A stretch of 64,000 nucleotides of DNA from Peptostreptococcaceae bacterium (GTDB lineage: Bacteria; Bacillota; Clostridia; Peptostreptococcales; Filifactoraceae), in NCBI GenBank assembly GCA_030528675.1, contig JAUMYL010000017.1, positions 6,860-70,859 on the forward strand, in the 5' to 3' direction. A model generated the notes under the pieces. The model was not told the origin of the DNA and searched no databases. It worked only from the letters and a program-made list of their open reading frames with translations. Shown piece by piece: positions 29,939-43,697 of this stretch (the stretch's first letter is position 1; every line of letters starts with the position of its first letter). Position numbers and translations under genes: made by a program.

Positions 29939-30928
29939 CTATCTCCCGATCAGCCAGAATCCGCTGAGGAGGATCAGGAGGCCGCAGAGGATCTGTGAAG
30001 TCAGCATATAGGAGAGTACGGTCTTCGAGAACCTTGAGATCAGGAAAAAGATCCCCCAGCAGGCGAGAAGGAAGGCAAGAGCGAGGGAGAGCGCCGGCGT
30101 CGGCGGCAGGGCTTCTCTCACAGGCAGGCTCGCCTTCCGAAGCAGAAGGAGAGAGATCAGAAGGGGAATCAGGATTTTCAGGGAGAAGAGAGTAAGGTGA
30201 GTCAGAAGGTAGGCTCCATATCCGACTCCCGAAAAGCTGAGTCTGTCCGGGATCCCTTGAATCCGTTCGGCGGTGAGGCGTCGCTGGGAAGTGAGGGCAA
30301 GCAGGAGGATCAGATAGAACCAGAGGGCTGTGAAGACGGAGCTTCCGATGTTCGTTTGCCTGATCGGGATCTGCTCTCCTTCTTCGGAGAGGACGCGCAG
30401 TTTCAGCAGTTCTCTCTCTTCCGGATATCTCTCATAGGAGTCTGCATAGCTCGTTTCGTCAAAAGAAGGGTCGAGGGAGCGGATCCTGCGGAAGATATCC
30501 TGATAAGACCAAAGACGCATGACATGGAGGCTGAGCTGATCGCTGAACCATTTGGCGGAAGAGTCCCCCGCCTCGGATTGGAGCGTCAGGAGGCGGCTTC
30601 GCTCCCCTTTTTGAAGGCGATCCTCAAAGCCTTCTTTGATCGTGCAGACGAGATCGCAGCGTCCGCGGTTCAGAGAGAGGATTGCCCTTTCTTCCGTTTC
30701 TCCGACGTCGATCTGCAGCTCCTCACAGGCTTTCAGTTCCTCGATGAATTGCCGTGACAGGCCGCTTCTGTCCTTGTCGATGATGATACAGCGGTAGATC
30801 TTGCTTTTGTCGGAGGCGCTCTTTTCGGCAAGAAGCGCCAGAGAAGCGACCAGTAAAGGGAGCAGGAGAAAGAGGAGGAGAGATTTTTTGCGCAGGAGAA
30901 AATATTGGAGCTGAAGGAAAAAAAACAT
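29939..30928 (-). CDS. ABC-2 type exporter permease
   Basis: 329 aa. N-terminal TM, large extracytoplasmic loop, then 5 C-terminal TM. Operon with the upstream permease and ATPase. Confidence 0.65.
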   Translation of the reverse strand: MFFFLQLQYFLLRKKSLLLFLLLPLLVASLALLAEKSASDKSKIYRCIIIDKDRSGLSRQFIEELKACEELQIDVGETEERAILSLNRGRCDLVCTIKEGFEDRLQKGERSRLLTLQSEAGDSSAKWFSDQLSLHVMRLWSYQDIFRRIRSLDPSFDETSYADSYERYPEERELLKLRVLSEEGEQIPIRQTNIGSSVFTALWFYLILLLALTSQRRLTAERIQGIPDRLSFSGVGYGAYLLTHLTLFSLKILIPLLISLLLLRKASLPVREALPPTPALSLALAFLLACWGIFFLISRFSKTVLSYMLTSQILCGLLILLSGFWLIGR

Positions 30929-30931
30929 CGT

Positions 30932-32116
30932 CTACCTCCTTTCTTTAGCGGCCAGCAAAGCGATGCAGAGGATGGAGCCTGCGGCAAAGGGCAGGAAGGT
31001 GAAAAAAGAGAGCTTGGCGCCAGAGAGCAGCTTGTGGGAGATCGTCAGGGGATTGATCTTCTCCATGAGGAGAAAGCTTTTGCCCAGAGCGGGAAGCGGA
31101 ATCAAAAATCCGCTGATCAGCGCAAGGAGGAGAAAGATCGCTCCGCAGAGTCGGTCAAAATAAGGGCTCTCCGCAAGAAGGCGGGTCAAGGTCAGCGACA
31201 GAAGGCTGATGAAGCTGCCGATCAGCAGAAGTCTTCCGATGAGGGCGAAGAGATTTTCCATAGACGGTTTGGAAGACGTGAGAAGACTGTATCCTCCCCG
31301 CATGAGAATCAGAAGCAGGCAGAGGGGCGCCGCAGATGCAAGCAGGTGGGAGGCGGCTTTCATCGGCGGGTCATAGCCGGAGAGAGACAGTCTCCGCCAC
31401 CGGCCGCTGCGCAGATCTTCCCGAAGAGGGTGAAGGAGGGCGAAGGAACTGAAGATGAGAAGCAGCAGCAGGGCGGAAAAGAAATAATAAGAGAGGCCGT
31501 CCAGTCCGAAGTAGACGCCCGGAGCCTCGCTGCTTTCAAAGACGCTGCTTCGCGTCAGAAAAGCGGAGATATAGTCGAGCTGGATTTTGGTCAGCCGATC
31601 CCAGATCTCCTCTTCGGGGACGCCGAGGGAGCGCATCTTTCGCAGATAGACCCTTGCGGAACTCTGGGCTTCGTTGAGCACCTGTGTCAGATTGTCCACA
31701 TAGGCGATGAAGAATCGGGCGACGGGACTGCCGCTGTCGGAGAGGTAGAGGTCGAGGGATTCCTCTTCAAAGCGGTTGAGCTTTTTGAAGATATCCGCCT
31801 TGATGTGCAGGACGGCAAAAATCTGTTTTTCTCCAAGAGCCCGCCTCGCTTCCGGAAGCTCCATCTCTTCAAAGGCGAAGATCCCTTTGAGGCGATTGCC
31901 CGAGATATTGCCCACGAAGATCCGGATCTCCGGAGAGGGATCGTCGAGGACGAGAGCGATCTTCCGCAGAGGTTTTTCGGAGTTCTGACGAAAGAGCAGG
32001 AAGAAATGGGACAGGACGAGAAAGATCAGGAGCACTGTGAGAAGAGTCCGGCTCTGTCCGAGGCGGCGCTTCATTTCGAAACCGGCAAGGAGAAGGAATT
32101 TTTTGAGATCATTCAT
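30932..32116 (-). CDS. ABC-2 type exporter permease
   Basis: Start MNDLKKFLLLAGFEMKRRLG... overlaps the ATPase stop (ATGAATGA) on the minus strand. Same topology as the downstream paralog. Confidence 0.65.
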   Translation of the reverse strand: MNDLKKFLLLAGFEMKRRLGQSRTLLTVLLIFLVLSHFFLLFRQNSEKPLRKIALVLDDPSPEIRIFVGNISGNRLKGIFAFEEMELPEARRALGEKQIFAVLHIKADIFKKLNRFEEESLDLYLSDSGSPVARFFIAYVDNLTQVLNEAQSSARVYLRKMRSLGVPEEEIWDRLTKIQLDYISAFLTRSSVFESSEAPGVYFGLDGLSYYFFSALLLLLIFSSFALLHPLREDLRSGRWRRLSLSGYDPPMKAASHLLASAAPLCLLLILMRGGYSLLTSSKPSMENLFALIGRLLLIGSFISLLSLTLTRLLAESPYFDRLCGAIFLLLALISGFLIPLPALGKSFLLMEKINPLTISHKLLSGAKLSFFTFLPFAAGSILCIALLAAKERR

Positions 32117-32810
32117 GGAGATCACCTGCCGGGGAAGAGAGGCCGGCGCAGGAGAGAAGAGCGGGATCAAAGCCGCCCAAGTGCAGGGCTTTTCCGCTTT
32201 CGAGCAGCAGGAGTTTATTGCAGGAGGCGCTCAGGAAGTCCGGAGTATGGCTCGTCAGGATACAGATCGCTCCTTGAGACTGAAAAGCTCTGACGAGGAC
32301 TTCGACGTCTTTTGCCGTCTCCGCGTCGACGCCGACGATCGGCTCGTCCAGCAGCAGGAGCAGGGGATTGCCGAAGAGGGAAGCGGCGATATGTACCCGC
32401 CTCTTCTGTCCTCCGGAGAGGGAAGAGACCGGCTGACGCAGGAAGGGACGGATCGACAGCCGTTCGCAGAAGAAAGAGAGTTTTGATTCAAATTCACTTT
32501 TGTCTTTGCAGAGACCGCCGCCGAAGATCCGGAGGTTGTCGAGGACGCGCATCTCTTCGTAGAGGATGATATCCTGTGAGACATAGGCGATGGAGGTCTT
32601 CGGCAGAGTCCGGTATTCGCATCCGTCGTGAAAGAGGACACAGCCGCTTTCCGCAGAAAGAAGGCCCGCTATGATCTTGAGGAGCGTGGATTTTCCGGCT
32701 CCGTTTGCCCCGGCAAGGGCGAGGACATCGCCTTCCTGCAGCGAGAAACTGATCTCTTCCAGTATGGTTTTGCCCTTGATGCGTTTTGTGATTCGGTTGA
32801 TTTGAAGCAT
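32109..32810 (-). CDS. ABC transporter ATP-binding protein
   Basis: 233 aa. Walker A GANGAGKST, signature LSGGQKRRVHIAASL, Walker B LLLDEP. Confidence 0.9.
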   Translation of the reverse strand: MLQINRITKRIKGKTILEEISFSLQEGDVLALAGANGAGKSTLLKIIAGLLSAESGCVLFHDGCEYRTLPKTSIAYVSQDIILYEEMRVLDNLRIFGGGLCKDKSEFESKLSFFCERLSIRPFLRQPVSSLSGGQKRRVHIAASLFGNPLLLLLDEPIVGVDAETAKDVEVLVRAFQSQGAICILTSHTPDFLSASCNKLLLLESGKALHLGGFDPALLSCAGLSSPAGDLHE

Positions 32811-32883
32811 GGGAGAATTTCCTCTCTCAGACGGTAAGCAAAGAGGCTGACGGAAATATTTCCGGCCAGCCTCTTTGCGTTGT

Positions 32884-33060
32884 GTACGAATACCTGATCA
32901 AAAGGTCCTTCGATGAAATGCGACCCTGAGCTTTCCTCTGAAATTTCATTGAAAACGGGCCGAGATATCAGCAGGTATTTCGAATAGGGTTTGTCGTAAA
33001 TCTCATTGAAATGACGCTTGCAGGAAACGATCTCTTATCAGATGACAATTCAAACAGGCG
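32884..33060. repeat. mosaic copy of repeat family A (segments in both orientations) in the promoter region of the ABC-2 operon
   Basis: Contains TCTGAAATTTCATTGAAAACGG...GGTATTTCGAATAGGG (inverted core). A second TCATTGAAATGAC. A direct-orientation TCAGATGACAATTCAAACAGG piece. Confidence 0.75.
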
Positions 33061-33144
33061 GCGGCAGTAAATCTCAATTTTGGAAGAAGAGGATCGGAAA
33101 CCGTCTTTGGACAGCCTCCCGGAAACCGCTGCTCTCTGCGGAAA

Positions 33145-34719
33145 TTACGGGGTTCCCGTTCCCATGAACGAGATCTTCATGAAGCCGATAGCGCCTTTCA
33201 TATTGTCAACGGCGTGACCGACGCCGTTGGCAATCGCGTCTCTTTCGTCTTCAGGGAGCAGATCTTTTTTATCCTGCGCGTCTTGGAGCAGAGCGTCCAT
33301 CGCTTCGCCGCCGAGGACTTTTTCCATCAGGTTGTCTGCGATCTCTTCGATCATCTCTGTCGGAAGCTGAGGCTGGTTTGCGAGGGCGTAGAGATCCACC
33401 GCGTCGGAGGAAGCTTCGATGATATTCGGCTTGACATCTCCTCCGAAGGCATTGTAGGTGATTGTCTGCTTCATGATGATCGGATTCATCCTGTAGGTGA
33501 TCTCATACTGACGCATACGATGCTGCTTGTCGATGGAGAGAATGATGTCGTAGGAGACTTCGCTCTGAGATCCCATCAGGGCTCCAAGCCGGGAAGAAGT
33601 ATCCCGCAGCTGCGTGATCGCCTCGTCGAGCTTGCTTTCGTAATTTGTTTCCAGCTCGTTTATCATCTCTTTCGTCGTCGAGGTGAACTCTTCTTCCGTT
33701 GCGCCGAATTTTTCATAGTCTTTGTCCGCCACCGCTTTGTCGACGATTTTATTCATGCGGTCGAGAAGCAGGGTTTTGACATTTTCATCGGTCTTGGCTT
33801 TTTCGAGAATCACTGCGTAGAGTTCGTAGATCTCCTCGATTCCGCCGTTGAATTTATAGCCGTAACCGTCGATGAGGCTCTCTTTCCCGCCTTCATATAC
33901 GGTGATCTTATGCCCCTTCGGAAGAGGCTCGATCTTGTCCTTGAGGAATTCACGAACCGCCTCTTCGTAGGATTTGGCATTGCTTTCGACTTTTTTCGAC
34001 AGCTCGTCTTCTTCGGTGAGAATCGCGATATAGCCGGGGATATCAATATCGTTGAGGTTGAATCCGGCTTCCTGCTCCATAAGCTGTCCAAGGTCAAGGT
34101 AAAGAGGCTTGGAGTAGAGGTCGTCGGATTGGAACACGAACTTCCAAGGAGACATGCCGCCCTGGAAACGGATGAAGTTTTTGTCCGCATACTGAAGCCT
34201 TGCATCGAAGTCTGCGGCAAAGAGCTTGTCTTCGCTGTAAATCGTATTGCTGTCGGCACGAAGGCGGAAATTTCCGGCGAGGGCGTTGATATATTTTGCA
34301 AGAGCCGCGGTGTCGCCGGTCATCATTTCCAGTTCTGCCAGTGCCTCGGGGCTGCTCTCATCGATCCGGCCGTCCATGATGAGAGTCGAACTGAAGGCCT
34401 TTTCTCTGGAGGTGTTCATCGCCGCAAGCATCACATGACCGATCGGATCCTTGGCGATCTGCGATCCCATGAGCTTCGGCGCAAGGAAGGCGATCAGCGC
34501 TACAGCGATGACGACAGCGCCGATCAGCAGGGGCAGGTTCTTTTTCGGTTTTGCCTGCGGAGGGATCTGCGGTGCAAAATCAGCGGCAGGACTCTCCGAA
34601 TGTATGTTTTCGACAGGGGGAGAATCCGAGGGGGGGTGGGGATTCCCTGAGATATCTGTGGGAACTGCGGGGTTCATAGGAGTTTCCTGCGGGTTCAAAT
34701 TATTATTTTCGTTTGTCAT
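33145..34719 (-). CDS. hypothetical single-pass membrane protein with Pro-rich cytoplasmic N-terminus and large extracytoplasmic domain
   Basis: About 524 aa from the ATG with AAGGAG RBS (the track start is 27 nt further upstream). TM LPLLIGAVVIAVALIAFLAP. Coding-like composition versus the antisense ORF 33214-34650. Confidence 0.6.
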   Translation of the reverse strand: MTNENNNLNPQETPMNPAVPTDISGNPHPPSDSPPVENIHSESPAADFAPQIPPQAKPKKNLPLLIGAVVIAVALIAFLAPKLMGSQIAKDPIGHVMLAAMNTSREKAFSSTLIMDGRIDESSPEALAELEMMTGDTAALAKYINALAGNFRLRADSNTIYSEDKLFAADFDARLQYADKNFIRFQGGMSPWKFVFQSDDLYSKPLYLDLGQLMEQEAGFNLNDIDIPGYIAILTEEDELSKKVESNAKSYEEAVREFLKDKIEPLPKGHKITVYEGGKESLIDGYGYKFNGGIEEIYELYAVILEKAKTDENVKTLLLDRMNKIVDKAVADKDYEKFGATEEEFTSTTKEMINELETNYESKLDEAITQLRDTSSRLGALMGSQSEVSYDIILSIDKQHRMRQYEITYRMNPIIMKQTITYNAFGGDVKPNIIEASSDAVDLYALANQPQLPTEMIEEIADNLMEKVLGGEAMDALLQDAQDKKDLLPEDERDAIANGVGHAVDNMKGAIGFMKISFMGTGTP

Positions 34720-34962
34720 GATGATCTCCTTTCTGTCCGGCATCAAAGACCGGTATTCAAAATCTTGCAGCAGCCGAGCTATGAAGGGCTTCTTTTCGGC
34801 TTTCGAACCTCTGTTTCTCTATGGCGGCAAAGCTGTGCTTAAACTTATTATACCATAGTTTCACTGCTTGCATGATAAAATATCAAAAAAATGCTCATGA
34901 AAAGGCTCTTTTCGTGTATAATAAAGAATGGAAGACGACTACAGACGAAGAGGCGGTATTTT

Positions 34963-35547
34963 ATGTATATTGCACTGGAAGGAGTGGAGGGCAGCGGAAA
35001 GACGACGATCATCCACCTGCTCAAAAAGAAACTGAAAGAGAAAAATAAAAGTTTTCGGATCGTGAAAGAGCCCGGGACGACGAGGGTGGGCAGGAAGATC
35101 CGTGAGATCCTCATCAATGATTATGGGAACGAGCTGGATCTGAGGACGGAGCTGCTGCTGTTCATGGCGTCAAGAAGCAGCATGATCCATCAGGTCATTC
35201 GGTCGGCTTCGGAAGAGTTCATCCTATCGGATCGCTGTTTTCTTTCAAGTCTGGCGTATCAATGCGAGTTTGATCCGGCTCTTGCCCGGACGGTATATGA
35301 GCTTCACAAGCAGCTTTTCGGAGATCTCCTTCCCGAGAAGATCTTCTTTGTCGATATTCATCCGTCCAAGGCTTTGTTTCGCAAAGCGCAGAAGGATATC
35401 AACAAATACGAAAAAAAAGAGATGGCCTTTCATGAAAAGGTTTATGATATGTATAAATATCAACTGGCGGAGTATTCAATCACTGTCGACGGAAACCGAA
35501 GGGCGCAGCAGATAGCCGATGAGATCGCGCGCCATATCGGAATATAA
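34963..35547 (+). CDS. tmk: thymidylate (dTMP) kinase
   Basis: 194 aa from the internal ATG (MYIALEGVEGSGKTT P-loop). TMP-binding EPGTTRVGRKIRE. DRx...SSLAYQ motif. Confidence 0.85.
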   Translation: MYIALEGVEGSGKTTIIHLLKKKLKEKNKSFRIVKEPGTTRVGRKIREILINDYGNELDLRTELLLFMASRSSMIHQVIRSASEEFILSDRCFLSSLAYQCEFDPALARTVYELHKQLFGDLLPEKIFFVDIHPSKALFRKAQKDINKYEKKEMAFHEKVYDMYKYQLAEYSITVDGNRRAQQIADEIARHIGI

Positions 35548-35561
35548 AAGGAGGATGGAAG

Positions 35562-36125
35562 GTGACACAAACGATGCAGGAAGTCCTCGCCGAGATAGCG
35601 GAGCGCTTCAACCGGGCAGGTCTGCTCTGGGGAGCCGGCGCTTCTCTCGTCCTTTTTCACTTCGGACTGCAGAGCCTGCCGAAGGATATTGATCTTTTCG
35701 TCTCTTCGGAGTCTTGGGAAAGGGCGGAGAAGATTCTCAGAGGTCTCGGTTCGTATGAGGGAGATCGTCCCAGCGACATCTTTCCCAGCCGATTTTTTGC
35801 GGAGTTTTCCGTCCGAGGAATCGGAGTCGATCTGATCTGCGGTTTTCGCATTCGTCATAAGGAGGGGATCTACGAGTACTTTTTCGATGAGTCTTCGCTG
35901 AGCTCGCGTATGGAGGTGCTCGGGCAGCTTGTGCCGATCTGCTCTCCGGAGGAATGGTTCCTGCTTTACGCGCTGATGCCGGGGCGGGAAGAAAAGCATC
36001 AAAAGCTCCGCTGTTTTCTCAGGAAGGAAGGATGCAAAAGCGAACGGATCCGAAAGTTGTTCGAGCAGAACCTTCCGAGGGATCTTCGTGCAATATCCGA
36101 AGAACTGATAGAAGAACTCATATAG
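35562..36125 (+). CDS. minimal nucleotidyltransferase-fold protein, Lnu(A)/LinA-like
   Basis: 187 aa. hG[GS]x(9-13)DhD Pol-beta motif LLWGAGASLVLFHFGLQSLPKDIDLFV. Overall layout resembles 160-aa lincosamide nucleotidyltransferases. Confidence 0.55.
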   Translation: MTQTMQEVLAEIAERFNRAGLLWGAGASLVLFHFGLQSLPKDIDLFVSSESWERAEKILRGLGSYEGDRPSDIFPSRFFAEFSVRGIGVDLICGFRIRHKEGIYEYFFDESSLSSRMEVLGQLVPICSPEEWFLLYALMPGREEKHQKLRCFLRKEGCKSERIRKLFEQNLPRDLRAISEELIEELI

Positions 36126-36135
36126 GAGGAAGACC

Positions 36136-36933
36136 ATGCAGTATTATTCAAGGGAAAAAAGAGAAATGAAAGTGATAGCAGTCATCAGTTTCGTTTTGAT
36201 GATCATCGTGCAGCTGCTTTCGTATATCGGCGTTTTTTCGGAGTCGGGGGTCGGAGATATCTTCGGGAAGTACGACGCTCTCGTCCTTCCTCACCCCTAT
36301 GTCGCTTTGGTATGGCCTCTCTTATGCCTGTTTCTGCTCTATTTTGTAATATTTCAAACGGGAAGGCCGGGCTATGGAGCAAAGAAAGACGCGATTGAAA
36401 GTGTCACCCCGTCCTTCTCCCTCAGCTGCATCCTTGCGGGGGCCTGGTCGGTGTTTTGGACCCGGGATATGATCTGGGCGACTCTGCTGCTGAGCTTTCT
36501 GATGGCTCTCGTGCTCAATTTTGCCTATTTTAAGATTGAACGGATCAAACCCTACCTCTATAATGATGAAAAGAGAGGTCTTCTCTCTCCGATCTCCTTC
36601 TTCCTTGCCGTGACGATGAATATGCTCGTGCTGAATTTTGTCGTGTTCACACAGTCGATGGGCTGGAAGTTTTTCGGAGTGCCCGGAGCCGTTCTTTCGA
36701 TTCTGACGATTTTCGTCATCATCGTCGTCAACACCGCTTATATCATGCTTAGGAGAAATTTCTTTTTCTCTTTCGTATCGTTCGTGCTGACGGCAGGAAT
36801 TTTCGTTTCGAGGTATCTGGAAGGAGAGATCATGCCTGTGGGTTATGTTGCCGCACTGGGAGCGCTGTTCATCCTGATTGTTACGATCAACAGCAAACGC
36901 AAGAATGTCAATAAGTCGCAGGCGCAGCTATGA
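36136..36933 (+). CDS. hypothetical polytopic membrane protein (weak TspO/MBR-like N-terminal signature)
   Basis: 265 aa, about 8 TM. GKYDALVLPHPYVALVWPLLCLFLLYFV resembles the TspO helix 1-2 region. Low confidence for the family. Confidence 0.45.
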   Translation: MQYYSREKREMKVIAVISFVLMIIVQLLSYIGVFSESGVGDIFGKYDALVLPHPYVALVWPLLCLFLLYFVIFQTGRPGYGAKKDAIESVTPSFSLSCILAGAWSVFWTRDMIWATLLLSFLMALVLNFAYFKIERIKPYLYNDEKRGLLSPISFFLAVTMNMLVLNFVVFTQSMGWKFFGVPGAVLSILTIFVIIVVNTAYIMLRRNFFFSFVSFVLTAGIFVSRYLEGEIMPVGYVAALGALFILIVTINSKRKNVNKSQAQL

Positions 36934-38222
36934 TGAGACTGGATCCTGTGACGCTGCGGGGAGAGGTGGTCATCCCCCCGTCCAAGAGTTTGAGCCACAG
37001 AGCCTTGATCGCCGCAGGGCTTTCCGAAGGGGAGTGCCGCATTTCGCCGGTGATTTTTTCCGAGGATATCTCCGCGACGGCGGAAGGACTTCGGGGGATG
37101 GGCTGCCGTATGGAAAAGGAAGAGCCGGGGACAGATCATGGATTCACGCTGCGGGTGCAAGGCGTCGGAATGCCGGCTCGGCTGCCCGAGCGCATCGACT
37201 GCAGAGAGTCCGGCTCCACGCTTCGTTTTTTGCTTCCGATTACGAGACTCTCTGAGAAGGAGACGAGTTTTCTGGGCAGAGGAAAGCTGGTCGAGCGTCC
37301 TTTGGAGGAATATTACCGTCTGTTTGAGAGACAGGGAATCTTCTATGAAAATCAAAGGGGAAAGCTGCCGCTGACGACGCGGGGGCGCTGGCAGGGAGGA
37401 GAGTTTTCCCTGAGAGGGGATGTCAGTTCTCAATTTATATCCGGACTGCTGATGAGTCTGCCGCTTCTGGAAAAGGATTCTGAAATCCTTCTGACGACAG
37501 AGCTGGAATCCTCTTCTTATGTCGAGCTGACGATGCAGGTGCTTGCGCATTTCGGCATCCGGATCGAAAAGAGGGCGCGGGGAAATTATTTTATTCCGGG
37601 CGGGCAGAGGTATCAGGCGAGAGATTACCGGATTGAAGGCGATTTTTCGCAGGCGGCGTTTTGGCTGGTCGCAGGAGCGATATCCCGGGATGAAGAGAAC
37701 GGGATCCACTGTCTCGGACTGAGGGAGGATTCGCTTCAGGGAGATCGGGCGGTCGTCGATATCCTCAGGAGGATCGGCGCCCGTCTCGAATACAGCAGAG
37801 AGGGAGGACTCAGGGTCCGTCCGGGCAGACTGCGGGGGACGGAGGTCGACGCAAGAGATATTCCGGATCTGGTGCCCGTGCTTGCGGTCGCTCTCTGCCT
37901 GAGCGAGGGATCTTCCGTCATCCGCGGGATCAGGCGTCTGCGCCTCAAGGAATCGGATCGCATCTCGACGACGGTGCAAAACCTCTCCGCTCTCGGTGCG
38001 AAGATCCGGGAGATCGGTGACGAGATCCATATAGAAGGTCTTTCTTCTCTGCGGGGGGGAGAGGTCTCTTCTTACGGCGATCACCGGCTGGCGATGGCGA
38101 TGGCGGTCGCTTCGACGAGGTGCAGGGAGCAGGTGCGGCTGTTCGGAGAGGGAGATGTGGCAAAATCCTACCCTCATTTCTTTGAAGATTTCAGGAGATT
38201 GTCTGAAAAAAACGGCGGATAG
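36930..38222 (+). CDS. aroA: 3-phosphoshikimate 1-carboxyvinyltransferase (EPSP synthase)
   Basis: 430 aa. ...PPSKSLSHRALIAAGLSEG... EPSPS N-terminal motif. Overlaps the upstream stop. Confidence 0.93.
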   Translation: MMRLDPVTLRGEVVIPPSKSLSHRALIAAGLSEGECRISPVIFSEDISATAEGLRGMGCRMEKEEPGTDHGFTLRVQGVGMPARLPERIDCRESGSTLRFLLPITRLSEKETSFLGRGKLVERPLEEYYRLFERQGIFYENQRGKLPLTTRGRWQGGEFSLRGDVSSQFISGLLMSLPLLEKDSEILLTTELESSSYVELTMQVLAHFGIRIEKRARGNYFIPGGQRYQARDYRIEGDFSQAAFWLVAGAISRDEENGIHCLGLREDSLQGDRAVVDILRRIGARLEYSREGGLRVRPGRLRGTEVDARDIPDLVPVLAVALCLSEGSSVIRGIRRLRLKESDRISTTVQNLSALGAKIREIGDEIHIEGLSSLRGGEVSSYGDHRLAMAMAVASTRCREQVRLFGEGDVAKSYPHFFEDFRRLSEKNGG

Positions 38223-42212
<3,990 letters not shown>

Positions 42213-42216
<4 letters not shown>

Positions 42217-43241
42217 CAAAGAAATACAAGGGCCTGCTGCTCTGTCTGCTGATGGCGCTGCCGGCCCGGTATCTGGGAACGAAACTGCCGATTGTCGGAG
42301 GTCCGGTCATCGGTTTGCTGATCGGCGTCGGTGCGGGCTTTTTCCGCAGGGAAAAGGGGGACCTTGCCGAGGGCATCGCTTTCACTTCGAAGAAAATCCT
42401 GCAGTACGCGGTCATCCTGCTGGGCTTCGGCCTCGATCTCAAGACGGTCTGGCTCGTCGGCGCCGGCTCGCTGCCGATCATTCTGACGACGGTCGCGACC
42501 GCCCTTCTGACGGCCTATCTGCTTTCCAAGCTGCTGCATACGCCGGAGAAGCTCTCGATCCTGATCGGCGTCGGCTCGTCGATATGCGGAGGTTCGGCCA
42601 TCGCCGCGACGGCTCCGGTCATACAGGCCGAGGAGAGCGAGATCGCTCAGTCCATCTCCGTCATCTTTCTCTTCAATCTGCTTGCGGCGCTGATCTTTCC
42701 GACCCTGGGAGGCTATCTCGGCTTTTCGGATTCGGGATTTGCACTCTTCGCGGGCACCGCGATCAACGATACCTCTTCCGTGACGGCGGCGGCTTCGGCT
42801 TGGGACAGCCTTCATCAGACCGGTTCTGCGGTACTGGAGCAGGCGACGATTGTCAAACTGACGCGGACGCTGACGATCCTGCCGATCACGATGATCCTTT
42901 CTTTCCATCGCATGAAAAAGGAGCAGAGAGAAGACAAGACCTTTTCGGCAGGGAAGATCTTCCCGACATTCATTTTGTTCTTCATGCTGGCCTCCCTCGT
43001 TACGACGGGGATGCGCCATGTGCTTGCGGGAGGAGCGGCGGAACTCTTTTCCTCTTTCGTGGGACTGATGAAGCAGGGGAGCCGGTTTTTCATCGTCATG
43101 GCGATGACGGCAATCGGGCTGAATACGGATTTCGAGAAGCTGATGAGAGGAGGGCTCTCCCCCTTCCTGCTCGGCGGAGGCTGCTGGGCGGCGATCATTC
43201 TGATGAGTATCCTGATGCAGAAGGTCCTCGGATCCTTTTAG
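42213..43241 (+). CDS. YeiH/UPF0324 family putative sulfate-exporter-type membrane transporter
   Basis: TTG start overlapping the MTase stop, after GAAGGAGGGAAAG. 10-TM protein with the conserved GxGSSICGGSAIAA motif. The track start at 42162 is inside the MTase. Confidence 0.75.
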
Positions 43242-43268
43242 CGGGAAAAGGGCGCAGAGCTGACTGCT

Positions 43269-43365
43269 CGGAAATTTCAGCGGCTTGCTCTTCTCGATTT
43301 TTTTTGCGAAAAGTCCCCGTTTTCATCCCTGAGCCTTCGAAACTTATTTCGCCTCTGTTTTCACA
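43269..43365 (+). repeat. dispersed repeat family C copy (related to 60080-60170)
   Basis: CGGAAATTTCAGCGGCTTGCTCTTCTCGATTTTTTTTGCGAAAAGTCCCCG versus CTGAAATTTCATCGGCTCGCTCCTCTCGATTTTTTCACGAAAGTTCCTC. Confidence 0.7.
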
Positions 43366-43617
43366 AAGGCTTGAAATATATTAAAAAATTTTAATATATC
43401 AGGAAAGAGATCCCCCATGGACTGTTTGCAGCAGACGGACGTCGGGGGATTTATTTTTGACATAAAACTTTTCTTTGAGACAAGTGAATAAAGAGCTGTT
43501 AGTAAAAAATAAAAACGATAAAATCGGGACCGGATGAAAATAAAGGCAGGATGTAGGAGGTGAAAAAACAGAAGAGATGAAAAATGTGCAAAGAATAACA
43601 AAAATTTCGCCGACTTT

Positions 43618-43646
43618 TTGTAAGGGCCGTAATTTCGCTTTATAAT
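43618..43646 (+). promoter_or_regulatory. sigma-A promoter of the peptide ABC operon (TTGTAA, 17 bp, TATAAT)
   Basis: -35 43618-23. -10 43641-46. Start codon 52 nt downstream. Confidence 0.6.
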
Positions 43647-43697
43647 GGTACTATAAGAAATGCCGTTTTCAAAATCTGTCGGAAAAGGAGTGAAATT

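Noticed and set aside
33214-34650. 478-aa ORF on the + strand
   Set aside because: The opposite strand (33145-34719) encodes a protein with a TM helix and balanced composition. The + frame is V/R/D/H/C-rich, typical of antisense.
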